DNA of 64,000 nt from positions 25,733-89,732 of the forward strand of contig CAWATJ010000003.1 in NCBI GenBank assembly GCA_963784965.1. The letters are read 5' to 3'. The position numbers and the translations under genes are program-made. Origin of the DNA: an uncultured Thermoleophilia bacterium (GTDB taxonomy: Bacteria > Actinomycetota > Thermoleophilia > Gaiellales > Gaiellaceae). This document shows positions 56,346 through 63,575 of this stretch, piece by piece; the first letter of the stretch is position 1, and each line of letters starts with the position of its first letter. The notes beneath the pieces are model-generated. The model was not told the origin of the DNA. It saw only the letters and a program-made list of their open reading frames with translations, and made no database searches.

Positions 56346-57190
56346 GCACACATCGCTTCGCGGCCATGGGCTGCGAGATCGTGGTCGGCGGCGCTACCGC
56401 GCTCGAAAGCGCCGCCGTCGAGCGCCTCTTTGTCGCTCTGGAGGCTGCGCTCAGCCGCTTCCGACCCGAGTCGGACCTGGAGCGGCTCAACTGTTCCGAC
56501 GCCGAGACGGTGATCGTCTCACCACTCCTCGCAACCGCTCTCGAGGATGCGTTACGGGCGGCGGCGGCGACGGACGGAATCTTCGATCCGACGATCGCCG
56601 CCGCACTCGAAGCTGCAGGATACGACCGCACGTTTACCGAGATCGAGCCCGGGCCCGCGCACGACCCGGTGCCTGCCGGGCGCTGGCGCGAGATCCAGCT
56701 CGCCGGTCTTCTCGTCCGCCGGCCTTCGGGCCTGCGGCTCGACCTGAACGGTGTCGTGAAGGGGCGCGCCGTCGACGACGCGCTTGCCCTCCTCGAGGGC
56801 GACGGCTTCGTATCGGCAGGCGGCGATCTCGCGACCCGCGGCGAGCTCGTGGTCGCGCTTCCGGGAGGCGACACTGTGACCCTCCGTGCCGGGGCCCTGG
56901 CTACGAGCGGCATCACGACGAGAGCCTGGCAGCGCGACGGCGGGCAACGCGCCCACCACCTCATCGACCCGGCCAAAGGCGCACCCGCGGATGCGCGCTG
57001 GAAGACCGTCACCGTGTGCGCCGCCACCTGTCTCGCCGCCGACGTGGCGGCGAAGACCGCATTCCTTCTCGGCGACGACGGACCGGCCTGGCTGGAGCAG
57101 CATGCATTACAGGGCCGGTTTGTCTCGCCGACCGAAGTCGTCCTCGCCGGCAGCTGGCCCGAAGGCTCGGAGCCCGCCGTATGCATCTAG
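56342..57190 (+). CDS. apbE: FAD:protein FMN transferase (ApbE family)
   Basis: Trimmed to ATG 56342 (282 aa); 'FDPTI', 'LDLNGVVKGRAVD', 'SAGGDL', 'HHLIDP' are typical ApbE blocks. Confidence 0.85.
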   Translation: MSTHRFAAMGCEIVVGGATALESAAVERLFVALEAALSRFRPESDLERLNCSDAETVIVSPLLATALEDALRAAAATDGIFDPTIAAALEAAGYDRTFTEIEPGPAHDPVPAGRWREIQLAGLLVRRPSGLRLDLNGVVKGRAVDDALALLEGDGFVSAGGDLATRGELVVALPGGDTVTLRAGALATSGITTRAWQRDGGQRAHHLIDPAKGAPADARWKTVTVCAATCLAADVAAKTAFLLGDDGPAWLEQHALQGRFVSPTEVVLAGSWPEGSEPAVCI

Positions 57191-58179
57191 CGGCGTCGGC
57201 AACCACCTGGTACGCCGCTCGCACGGGTGGCATCGTCGCGTACCTTCTCGTCTCTGCCTGCGTGCTTGCGGGCATCCTGCTCGCGGGTAGACGGCGCCTT
57301 CCCGGCCTTCCCCGCTTCGCCGTCGAGGATGTCCATCGGTTCCTCGGGATCCTCGCCGGCGTGTTCGTCGCCGTCCACGTGGGCGCTATCGCACTCGACA
57401 CGGTCGTGCCGTTCTCGCTCACCCAGATCGTCGTTCCGTTCACGGCGGTGTACCGCCCGCTTGCGACAGGGCTCGGGGTCGTCGCGCTCGAGCTGCTCCT
57501 GGCGGTGTCGGTGGCCAACCGGCTTCGCTCCCGTCTCCCCTACCGGATCTGGCGCCGCACTCACTATGCAACGTTGGCCGTGTGGTTGCTGGCAACGGCT
57601 CACGGCGTTCTCAGCGGCACCGACAGAAACCAGACGTGGCTCCTCTCGCTGTACGCCGTGACGGCCGCAGCGGTTGCCTGCGCGGCAGCGCTCCGGTTCG
57701 GAAGTCGGCTCGCAGAACGGCGGCTCGGATTCGGGCTGGCGATGGCGGGCGGAACGCTTGCCGCAGTATTGGGGCTCTCGGCCGTTCCGCAGCAGGCATC
57801 GAGCTCGACGAGGACGAGTCCCGCCGTCAACACGATCCCCGAAATCTCCGGCGACCTGAGCGGAACGATCGACGACAGCGGTTCCGGCATCGTCTCGATC
57901 CGAGGTACGGTGGTAGCGGCTGCAACGTCCACCTTCCGGATCGACCTCCTCGCCAATGACGGGCGGGTTTCCGACAGTGCTTTCCAGATGCTGTTCGCGG
58001 GCGGCGCAACGTGCGAAGGGACGCTGATCTCGCTCGACGAGCGCGGCTTCACGGGAACGTGCACACCGCCCGGCGGTGAACCCCGCACGGTGCACGCCGA
58101 CTGGACCGTCTCGAGCGGCACGGTCGCCGGCTCGATTTCCACGACGGCCGACTCACCAGCAGGCGTCACGGCAGCCTGA
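57181..58179 (+). CDS. Ferric-reductase-like transmembrane protein with C-terminal extracytoplasmic domain
   Basis: ATG 57181 (10-nt overlap with apbE); about 6 TMs with paired His ('HRFLG..AVHV', 'THYATL..TAHG'), then a ~140-aa Ser/Thr/Gly-rich soluble tail. Confidence 0.7.
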   Translation: MHLAASATTWYAARTGGIVAYLLVSACVLAGILLAGRRRLPGLPRFAVEDVHRFLGILAGVFVAVHVGAIALDTVVPFSLTQIVVPFTAVYRPLATGLGVVALELLLAVSVANRLRSRLPYRIWRRTHYATLAVWLLATAHGVLSGTDRNQTWLLSLYAVTAAAVACAAALRFGSRLAERRLGFGLAMAGGTLAAVLGLSAVPQQASSSTRTSPAVNTIPEISGDLSGTIDDSGSGIVSIRGTVVAAATSTFRIDLLANDGRVSDSAFQMLFAGGATCEGTLISLDERGFTGTCTPPGGEPRTVHADWTVSSGTVAGSISTTADSPAGVTAA

Positions 58180-58244
58180 GCTCTTTCGCGGCTGGGCCGA
58201 GCCGGGTGATCGTCGTGCCCCGGAGGCGACGGTAGGGTCTGGGC

Positions 58245-59540
58245 GTGGACTGGGCGCTGCCCATCATTGCGCTGGCGCTGCTCGGGTTCGCGGCCGTTTC
58301 CGGCCGCCTCGAAGGGACGCCGATCACGGTCCCGATGGTGTTCACGGCGGCCGGCTTGCTCGTCGGAGTCGACGCGCTCGGCCTCGTCGATCCGTCCGTC
58401 TCCAGTGAGACCGTCAAGTTGCTCGCCGAGGCGACGCTCGCACTCGTTCTCTTCGGCGATGCGTCTCGGATCGACCTTCACGCGCTCAGGGACGAGGTCT
58501 CCATCCCTGCGCGCCTCCTCGGCATCGGCCTGCCGCTCACGGTGCTCGTCGGGTTCGTGGTCGGTCTCTTCCTGCTCGGGTCGCTCTCGTGGCCCGAGGC
58601 ACTCCTCCTCGCGGTGATCCTCGCCCCCACCGATGCGGCGCTCGGGCAGGCGGTCGTGACGTTGCCACGCCTTCCCTCGCGCATCCGCCAGGGCCTGAAC
58701 GTCGAGAGCGGCCTGAACGACGGAATCTGCGTACCGCTGTTCTTCATCGTGCTGGCTGTTGCGCAGGCGAATGCCGGCGATACGAGCGACGTCGCGGCAT
58801 TCAAGCTCGTCGTCGAGGAAATCGGCTACGGCATCGCAGGTGGGGCGGTCGCCGGAGTGCTCGCTGCGGCGATCGTCGTGATGGCGGGTCGACGACGGCT
58901 CGTCGATGGTGCCTGGCTACAGGTCGTGCCGGTTGCAGCCGCCGCGCTGGCGTTCAGTCTCGCCGCAGCACTCGGCGGTTCCGGCTTCATTGCCGCATTC
59001 GTCGGCGGCATGGTCTTCGGGGGCCTGCGGCGTCGACACGGCGGAGAGGTCGGCTACCTGATCGAGGAGCTCGGAGGCGTGCTGAATGCGGTCACCTTCC
59101 TCGTCTTCGGCGCGGTCATGCTCGGCCCGGCGGTCGGCGAGACGACGTGGTCGATTGCCCTCTACGCCGTCCTCAGCCTGACGCTCGCCCGCATGCTTCC
59201 CGTGGGGGTGGCGATGCTCGGCACGGGCGCGCGGCGGCCAACGGTGGGCTTCCTCGGATGGTTCGGGCCGCGCGGGCTCGCGTCGATCGTCTTCGCCGTG
59301 ATCCTCGTCGAGGAAGGCGGGCTGCCGAACGACGGCGTGATCGTCACCGCGATCGTGATCACGATCGGCCTTTCGGTTCTCGCTCATGGCTTAACGGCGG
59401 CGCCGCTCGCCGATCGGTACGCGGTCTGGTTCGAGTCACATCCGAGGGACAGTCGGCCGGCGCTCGAGAGTCGCAGCACGACGCACGTCCGCTGGCGTAC
59501 ACCTGCTGCCACGCTGCCACGGTCTAACGATTCTCGTTGA
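58245..59540 (+). CDS. Cation:proton antiporter (CPA1, Na+/H+ exchanger family)
   Basis: 431 aa, about 11-12 TMs; 'LAPTDAALG', 'ESGLNDG' conserved CPA1 blocks. Confidence 0.85.
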   Translation: MDWALPIIALALLGFAAVSGRLEGTPITVPMVFTAAGLLVGVDALGLVDPSVSSETVKLLAEATLALVLFGDASRIDLHALRDEVSIPARLLGIGLPLTVLVGFVVGLFLLGSLSWPEALLLAVILAPTDAALGQAVVTLPRLPSRIRQGLNVESGLNDGICVPLFFIVLAVAQANAGDTSDVAAFKLVVEEIGYGIAGGAVAGVLAAAIVVMAGRRRLVDGAWLQVVPVAAAALAFSLAAALGGSGFIAAFVGGMVFGGLRRRHGGEVGYLIEELGGVLNAVTFLVFGAVMLGPAVGETTWSIALYAVLSLTLARMLPVGVAMLGTGARRPTVGFLGWFGPRGLASIVFAVILVEEGGLPNDGVIVTAIVITIGLSVLAHGLTAAPLADRYAVWFESHPRDSRPALESRSTTHVRWRTPAATLPRSNDSR

Positions 59541-59598
59541 GCCGACCGCGCGTCCTCAGGCCGTCGCACCGCTCGTGCGGGTACCCTTTCGCGGCCGA

Positions 59599-59687
59599 GG
59601 AGAGGTGGCAGAGCGGTCGAATGCGGCGGTCTCGAAAACCGTTACGGGTCGTTAGGCTCGTCGAGGGTTCAAATCCCTCCCTCTCCG
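59599..59687 (+). tRNA. tRNA-Ser (anticodon CGA)
   Basis: Manual fold: acceptor GGAGAGG/CCTCTCC, D arm GCA..TGC, anticodon arm GCGGT-CTCGAAA-ACCGT, long variable arm, T arm GAGGG-TTCAAAT-CCCTC; 89 nt. Confidence 0.9.
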
Positions 59688-59694
59688 CTGAATA

Positions 59695-59727
59695 GGCCGG
59701 ATCCCAGGTACTAACCGGGATCCGGCC
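59695..59727 (+). terminator. Hairpin + T-rich tail after tRNA-Ser(CGA)
   Basis: 11-bp stem GGCCGGATCCC / GGGATCCGGCC, followed by 'TTCTCTC'. Confidence 0.6.
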
Positions 59728-59841
59728 TTCTCTCTAGATCAATTCTGAGGACCGACGCCTTCCGCTCTCATCCGCTGATATCCGCCAGAGCGTGGTACTC
59801 ACTGGTACACACCTGGGACGCGGCGAGGCAACGGTCGACAC

Positions 59842-60330
59842 GTGCGATTGGTGCAGATCGATACCCCAGAGGTGTACGGCGGCATCGAGTGCTACGGGCG
59901 GGCAGCGTCTGCGGTCGCGAAACGACTACTGCCGGTCGGCGCCCGGGTGCGCCTGGTGCTGGAACCGGCGAGCGAGTCGGTTGACCGCAACGGGCGGCTG
60001 CTTCGCTACGTCGTGCGGGCCAGCGACGGCATGAACGTCAACCTGCGGCTCGTGACCGTGGGCGCGGCAGCACCGTGGTTCTACGAGGGCGAGCGCGCGG
60101 ACGGTACTTCGCGAAGCTTCAGGCGCTCGCGAAACGGGCGAGGGCCAAGCGCCTCGTTACGGGCGTTCCGCTCGTGTGGTCACGAGCGCCGACCTTGCCG
60201 AACTGCGGTCGCACCCCCCCGCCCAGCCGAGAACGCCGACGACGACTGGCGGGTCGAGTCGGACGGGGCGGGCGGGCTGCTCGTGTTCTGCCCGGAGTGC
60301 TGGCAGCGGGAGTTCGGTAGTTCCGGGTAG
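59842..60330 (+). pseudogene. Thermonuclease (SNase-like) gene remnant fused to a 'FCPECWQREFG' tail
   Basis: 'VRLVQIDTPEVYGG.ECYGR...DRNGRLLRYV...LVTVGAAAPWFYEGER' is SNase-like but lacks the N-terminal strands. The expected continuation 'GRYFAKLQALAKRARAKRL' lies in another frame (track ORF 60075..60320). Confidence 0.65.
60283..60330 (+). repeat. Local repeat family, copy A (3' module)
   Basis: 'GTGTTCTGCCCGGAGTGCTGGCAGCGGGAGTTCGGTAGTTCCGGGTAG' reads as VFCPECWQREFGSSG*. Confidence 0.85.
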
Positions 60331-60357
60331 CCGCTGCCTACTACCGGACGGCCCGTA

Positions 60358-60391
60358 ATCGCGAGCCGCTCGCGATAAGCGGAAGCCGCTT
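60358..60391 (+). terminator. Two tandem short hairpins after copy A
   Basis: ATCGCGAG-ccg-CTCGCGAT (60358-60376), then AAGCGG-aag-CCGCTT (60377-60391). Confidence 0.35.
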
Positions 60392-60401
60392 GCGGATTCC
60401 C

Positions 60402-60430
60402 TTGACGCATCGACTCGACATCCCTAGCAT
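60402..60430 (+). promoter_or_regulatory. Candidate sigma-70-type promoter upstream of the PD40 gene
   Basis: TTGACG (60402-60407), 17-nt spacer, TAGCAT (60425-60430); ~110 nt upstream of ATG 60540. This is a sequence-pattern match only. Confidence 0.35.
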
Positions 60431-60539
60431 CGTCGCAATTGAGCTTGGGGGCCGGTAGCTCCTGAGCGAGTCTTGAAGTCTCTCGCGCATCGGCTTACGA
60501 TTCCGCGATTGTCACGATTGAGACGAAGGGAAGGGAGCG

Positions 60540-61520
60540 ATGATGACGTCTGTCATGGACTACACCGTGGGCAAAAGGCGCCGAATCGTGGCCGCTTGCG
60601 CACTCGGTGTCGGCCTCGTGCTCGTCGGCACCGCCCTCTCTACGACCATGGCTCCGTCCGGGTCGACGACGTTCAAGGGACAGAACGGACGGCTAGTCTT
60701 CGAGGCGCAGTTGGGGGCCAACCGGCAGCTGTTCACGATCGAGCCGGACGGAACGGGGCTCAAGCAGGTGACGCACTTTCAGGGCAGCGGGGGGACGAAC
60801 GCGGCATGGTCGAAGGACGGCTCGCGGATCGCCTTCACCCGTCACTGGGACCCAGGCGGCCCGAACGAGAAACTCGTCATCTACACGATCAACGCCGACG
60901 GCAGCGCCCCGAAGGCTCTCCCCAAGGGCGGCGACATCGCAGTCTCGCCCAACTGGTTCCCCAACGGTCGCCGCATCATCTTCCTCGAGATCCACTCGGG
61001 ACGGCTCATGGTCATCAACGCAAACGGCACAGGGCTGCGCCCCGCCGGGATCCCGGGCGTCGGAGGCGACGCCGTCTGCTTCTTCCCCGACGGCGAGCGG
61101 GTCGCCTTTCTGCGACCGAAGCCGGGCGACGACTCGTTGAGCGCAATCTTTGTCGCGGGCGTGTTCGGCCACGGACTGAAGCGGATCACGCCATGGGGCG
61201 GTTACGCCGACAAGATCGACTGCTCTCCCGACGGCAAGCACATCGTCTACTCGTCGCCCGAGTTCGGGCAGGACGGCAAATCCTCGAACGTCTACACGGT
61301 ACGAACCGACGGGTCGCAGGTCGTGCAGTTGACGCACGAAACCGGTGGCTCCGTCAACGACGGCGCAGACTCGTGGTCACCCGACGGCAAGAAGATCGCG
61401 TTCGTCAGCAACCGGACGGGCACGTACCAGATCTGGACCATGAACGCGGACGGGACGGACGCCAAGCAGCTGACCCACGGGCCCGAAGCACACCTCGCCG
61501 CCTGGGGCAGCCATTCATGA
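60540..61520 (+). CDS. TolB-like beta-propeller protein (PD40/WD40-like repeats), secreted or membrane-anchored
   Basis: 326 aa; N-terminal TM/signal, repeated 'SKDGSRIAF', 'FPDGERVAF', 'SPDGKHIVY', 'SPDGKKIAFVSNR...IWTMNADG' PD40 motifs. Confidence 0.8.
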   Translation: MMTSVMDYTVGKRRRIVAACALGVGLVLVGTALSTTMAPSGSTTFKGQNGRLVFEAQLGANRQLFTIEPDGTGLKQVTHFQGSGGTNAAWSKDGSRIAFTRHWDPGGPNEKLVIYTINADGSAPKALPKGGDIAVSPNWFPNGRRIIFLEIHSGRLMVINANGTGLRPAGIPGVGGDAVCFFPDGERVAFLRPKPGDDSLSAIFVAGVFGHGLKRITPWGGYADKIDCSPDGKHIVYSSPEFGQDGKSSNVYTVRTDGSQVVQLTHETGGSVNDGADSWSPDGKKIAFVSNRTGTYQIWTMNADGTDAKQLTHGPEAHLAAWGSHS

Positions 61521-61578
61521 CCCCGTTGACGGAGAGTCAACCGATCCGCGCAAGAGGCGACCGTCCGCGCCGTCCTCT

Positions 61579-61604
61579 GGACGCTGCGGCACGGCACCTG
61601 ACCC
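61579..61604 (+). repeat. Local repeat family, partial 5' module
   Basis: 'GGACGCTGCGGCACGGCACCTGACCC' matches the 5' part of copies D/E (reads ..DAAARHLT..). Confidence 0.6.
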
Positions 61605-61845
61605 AAACCTACTCCCGGAGGTAGAGCCGGTTTCACGCGGCTTTCTTGCCGATGCTCTCGCGGTAGCTGGTGACGATCGCCATCGTGCGTGCGCCGAACC
61701 GGAGGGTGATGGGGAGCTAACCGATGCCGCGTTCCCATTCAGGGTGTTTGTTCGCGACCTCCTCGACTCAGACGATCCTCTATCGCGAGTTGGAGCGGAC
61801 ACAAAAACGGACACGATCGGCCTGCTGCCGCCTCTACTGCAAACG

Positions 61846-61869
61846 AAAGGCCCGCGGTTGCGGGCCTTT
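61846..61869. terminator. Bidirectional hairpin terminator
   Basis: AAAGGCCCGC-ggtt-GCGGGCCTTT with flanking T/A runs on both strands; it directly follows the minus-strand tRNA-like half. Confidence 0.6.
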
Positions 61870-61873
61870 TCTA

Positions 61874-61915
61874 AGCGGATGAAGGGACTCGAACCCTCGA
61901 CCTTCTGCATGGCAA
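61874..61915 (-). other. 3' half of a tRNA-Gly(GCC)-like gene (fragment)
   Basis: The minus strand reads 'TTGCCATGCAGAAGGTCGAGGGTTCGAGTCCCTTCATCCGCT', i.e. anticodon-loop-like TTGCCA, T arm and acceptor 3' strand CATCCGC. No matching 5' half (GCGGATG) lies upstream. Confidence 0.5.
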
Positions 61916-62057
61916 CTCGTCCGGGCGTCCGCCCCGTTCCGCCGTGTCCGCCTGATCGCCCTATCTACGCCGATCGAGGCAAACCGGCCTTCATGCGGCG
62001 GCAACCGATAGCGCCTCGGTGGAACCCTCTCGCTTGCAGTCCGGCGGTCTCGGCGTC

Positions 62058-62087
62058 GTGTTCTGCCCGGAGTGCTGGCAGCGGGAG
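62058..62087 (+). repeat. Local repeat family, copy B (3' module, diverged end)
   Basis: 'GTGTTCTGCCCGGAGTGCTGGCAGCGGGAG' is identical to copy A over 30 nt, then diverges (reads VFCPECWQRELGRAM...). Confidence 0.85.
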
Positions 62088-62149
62088 CTTGGGAGGGCGA
62101 TGCCCGATCGTGTCGGCGCGGTTCGAGCCTCGCGTGACGACGGGAACGC

Positions 62150-62566
62150 TTAGGCCCAGCCCAATTGCTTCAGACTAATCCCATCGTTCCAGATCTTCGT
62201 CATGTGACGGATTCGATCGCCGTCGAAATCCATGACGTAGACATAGTCGGCCTCCACCTTCTTCCCCGTCGGTGGCACCGGCCCACCCTCTCCGGTGTGC
62301 GTTCCCCGGAAGACGCCGTAGGCGGCCACGTTCTGCCGCTCATCGTCGACCGCGAACGAGCGAATCTCGTAGCCGGCGTCCGGCACCGGCGTGAACAGCC
62401 CCTTCATCCAATCGGTGTAGCCCTCCACCGTGTCGACGCCTTCCAGTACTCCAACCTGCGACGAGAACGTGGCGCCTTCGTGGCAGAAGGACTGGCACCC
62501 GTCCCAACCCTTGCCTGTTTCGCAGGCAACGAAGAATTGCTCGGCTGTCTCTTTGATCGAACTCAT
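62150..62566 (-). CDS. SnoaL-like / NTF2-fold protein (ester or polyketide cyclase-like)
   Basis: Trimmed to ATG 62566 after GAAAGGGG (138 aa); SnoaL-like pattern '...YTDWMKGLFTPVPDAGYEI...VAAYGVFRGTHTGEGG'; AT-richer segment. Confidence 0.7.
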   Translation of the reverse strand: MSSIKETAEQFFVACETGKGWDGCQSFCHEGATFSSQVGVLEGVDTVEGYTDWMKGLFTPVPDAGYEIRSFAVDDERQNVAAYGVFRGTHTGEGGPVPPTGKKVEADYVYVMDFDGDRIRHMTKIWNDGISLKQLGWA

Positions 62567-62644
62567 CTCTGCCCCTTTCTCTACGTGAGAGCAGACAGTG
62601 CGCAGAATCAAGAATCTTAGTCAACCAGGCGGAGCCGTCCTCTT

Positions 62645-62700
62645 GACGCTGCGGCGCGGCACCTGACCCCTGAGGCGTTGATGCTCTGCCGAGAGAGCAC
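62645..62700 (+). repeat. Local repeat family, degenerate full-length copy
   Basis: 'GACGCTGCGGCGCGGCACCTGACCCCTGAGGCGTTGATGCTCTGCCGAGAGAGCAC' aligns with copy E across both 5' and 3' modules, with many substitutions. Confidence 0.6.
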
Positions 62701-62837
62701 CGAGCGTTCGGCCCGTCAGCTTGGGCGGTGCGAGGCACAGTTGCGGTACGGCTCGTCGGCGGCGAGCACGTTGTCGCAGCCGTCGTGAGCGCAGACACGG
62801 GAGGGACGGGCGCTCGCCGGAGACGCTGCGCTCGTGC

Positions 62838-62867
62838 TCGAGGGTTCAAATCCCTCCCTCTCCGCTG
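62838..62867 (+). repeat. Direct repeat of the tRNA-Ser(CGA) 3' end (att-like)
   Basis: 30/30 identity with 59661..59690 ('TCGAGGGTTCAAATCCCTCCCTCTCCGCTG'); no complete tRNA could be folded upstream of it. Confidence 0.85.
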
Positions 62868-62868
62868 G

Positions 62869-62908
62869 ACAAGCCGGGTTTCGCCACATCGAGCGGAGCC
62901 CGGCTTGT
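62869..62908 (+). terminator. Hairpin + T-rich tail after the duplicated tRNA end
   Basis: 10-bp stem ACAAGCCGGG / CCCGGCTTGT, 20-nt loop, followed by 'TTCGTTC'. Confidence 0.5.
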
Positions 62909-63007
62909 TTCGTTCAGCCCGAAAACGGGGCTCCACCTACCGATATCTACGCGATTGCGGAAACAGGCGATCGAACGCGTCTGCTGCCTTGCCGGCGCCG
63001 TCGCTCA

Positions 63008-63108
63008 GGAGTGCCGGCGGCGGGAGTTCGGTAGTTCCGGGTAGCGGGGTCAGGGGCAGCGCGGATGCGGCACCGGCGGGTGTGCGGCAGCGTTGTGGGT
63101 GTGGGTGA
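63008..63108 (+). repeat. Local repeat family, copy C (3' module + post-stop extension)
   Basis: 'GGAGTGCCGGCGGCGGGAGTTCGGTAGTTCCGGGTAG' plus ~60 nt ('..GCGGATGCGGCACCGGCGGGTGTGCGGCAGCGTTGTGGGTG..') that aligns with the sequence after copy E. Confidence 0.8.
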
Positions 63109-63155
63109 CACTGCGAGCGATCTCGTGTGGGAATGGCCTGTCGCGGTTCTGGAAG

Positions 63156-63329
63156 ATGGGTGTCATGCCTGAAAGCGGTCTGCCGATCAGGGTCTGGGAG
63201 CAGGACGATCAGTGGCACGTCGATTACGGCGATGGCGTGGTCGAGGACTTTCAGAGCGAGGAGGAGGCCACATCGGCCGCAGACGCGGTTGCGCAGGCCG
63301 AGGGTCGCACGGTGGTCGTTGAGGAATAG
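63156..63329 (+). CDS. Small acidic hypothetical protein
   Basis: 57 aa from ATG 63156 (ATG 63165 is an alternative): 'MGVMPESGLPIRVWEQDDQWHVDYGDGVVEDFQSEEEATSAADAVAQAEGRTVVVEE'; coding-like, family not recognised. Confidence 0.4.
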   Translation: MGVMPESGLPIRVWEQDDQWHVDYGDGVVEDFQSEEEATSAADAVAQAEGRTVVVEE

Positions 63330-63341
63330 GCACGCCGTCGT

Positions 63342-63575
63342 GTGAACGCTGAGGCGCGGCACCTGACTGCTGCGCTCGGGTTCTGTCCGGAGTGCTGGCA
63401 GCGGGAGTCCGGCGGCCGGGACGTATTGGCGCGAACCCTGTGGCTGCCTCAGAGGCGGTTGCGCGATTCGACCGGTCTCACACGTCCCGTGGACGCTACG
63501 GCGCGGCACCTGACTCCTGTGGAGTGCGTGTTCTGCCGGGAGTGCTGGCGGCAGGAGTTCGGTAGTTCTGGGTAG
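63342..63575 (+). CDS. Small ORF made of two tandem repeat-family units (possibly not a functional gene)
   Basis: 77-aa track ORF: '..EARHLTAALGFCPECWQRE..' and '..TARHLTPVECVFCRECWRQEFGSSG*'. Confidence 0.3.
   Translation: MNAEARHLTAALGFCPECWQRESGGRDVLARTLWLPQRRLRDSTGLTRPVDATARHLTPVECVFCRECWRQEFGSSG
63344..63407 (+). repeat. Local repeat family, copy D (5'+3' modules, no terminal TAG)
   Basis: 'GAACGCTGAGGCGCGGCACCTGACTGCTGCGCTCGGGTTCTGTCCGGAGTGCTGGCAGCGGGAG'. Confidence 0.8.

Noticed and set aside
58245-59540. Overlapping ORFs 58589..59527 and 58267..58617 as extra genes within the antiporter region.
   Set aside because: They are alternate-frame artefacts. The 431-aa frame has continuous CPA1-type TM helices.
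62945-63005. A possible minus-strand tRNA-like fragment ('..GACGCGTTCGATCGCCTGTTTCCGCA').
   Set aside because: The T-stem pairing is poor and no acceptor partner is present. The resemblance is too weak to call, and the stretch also belongs to the region shared by repeat copies B and C.
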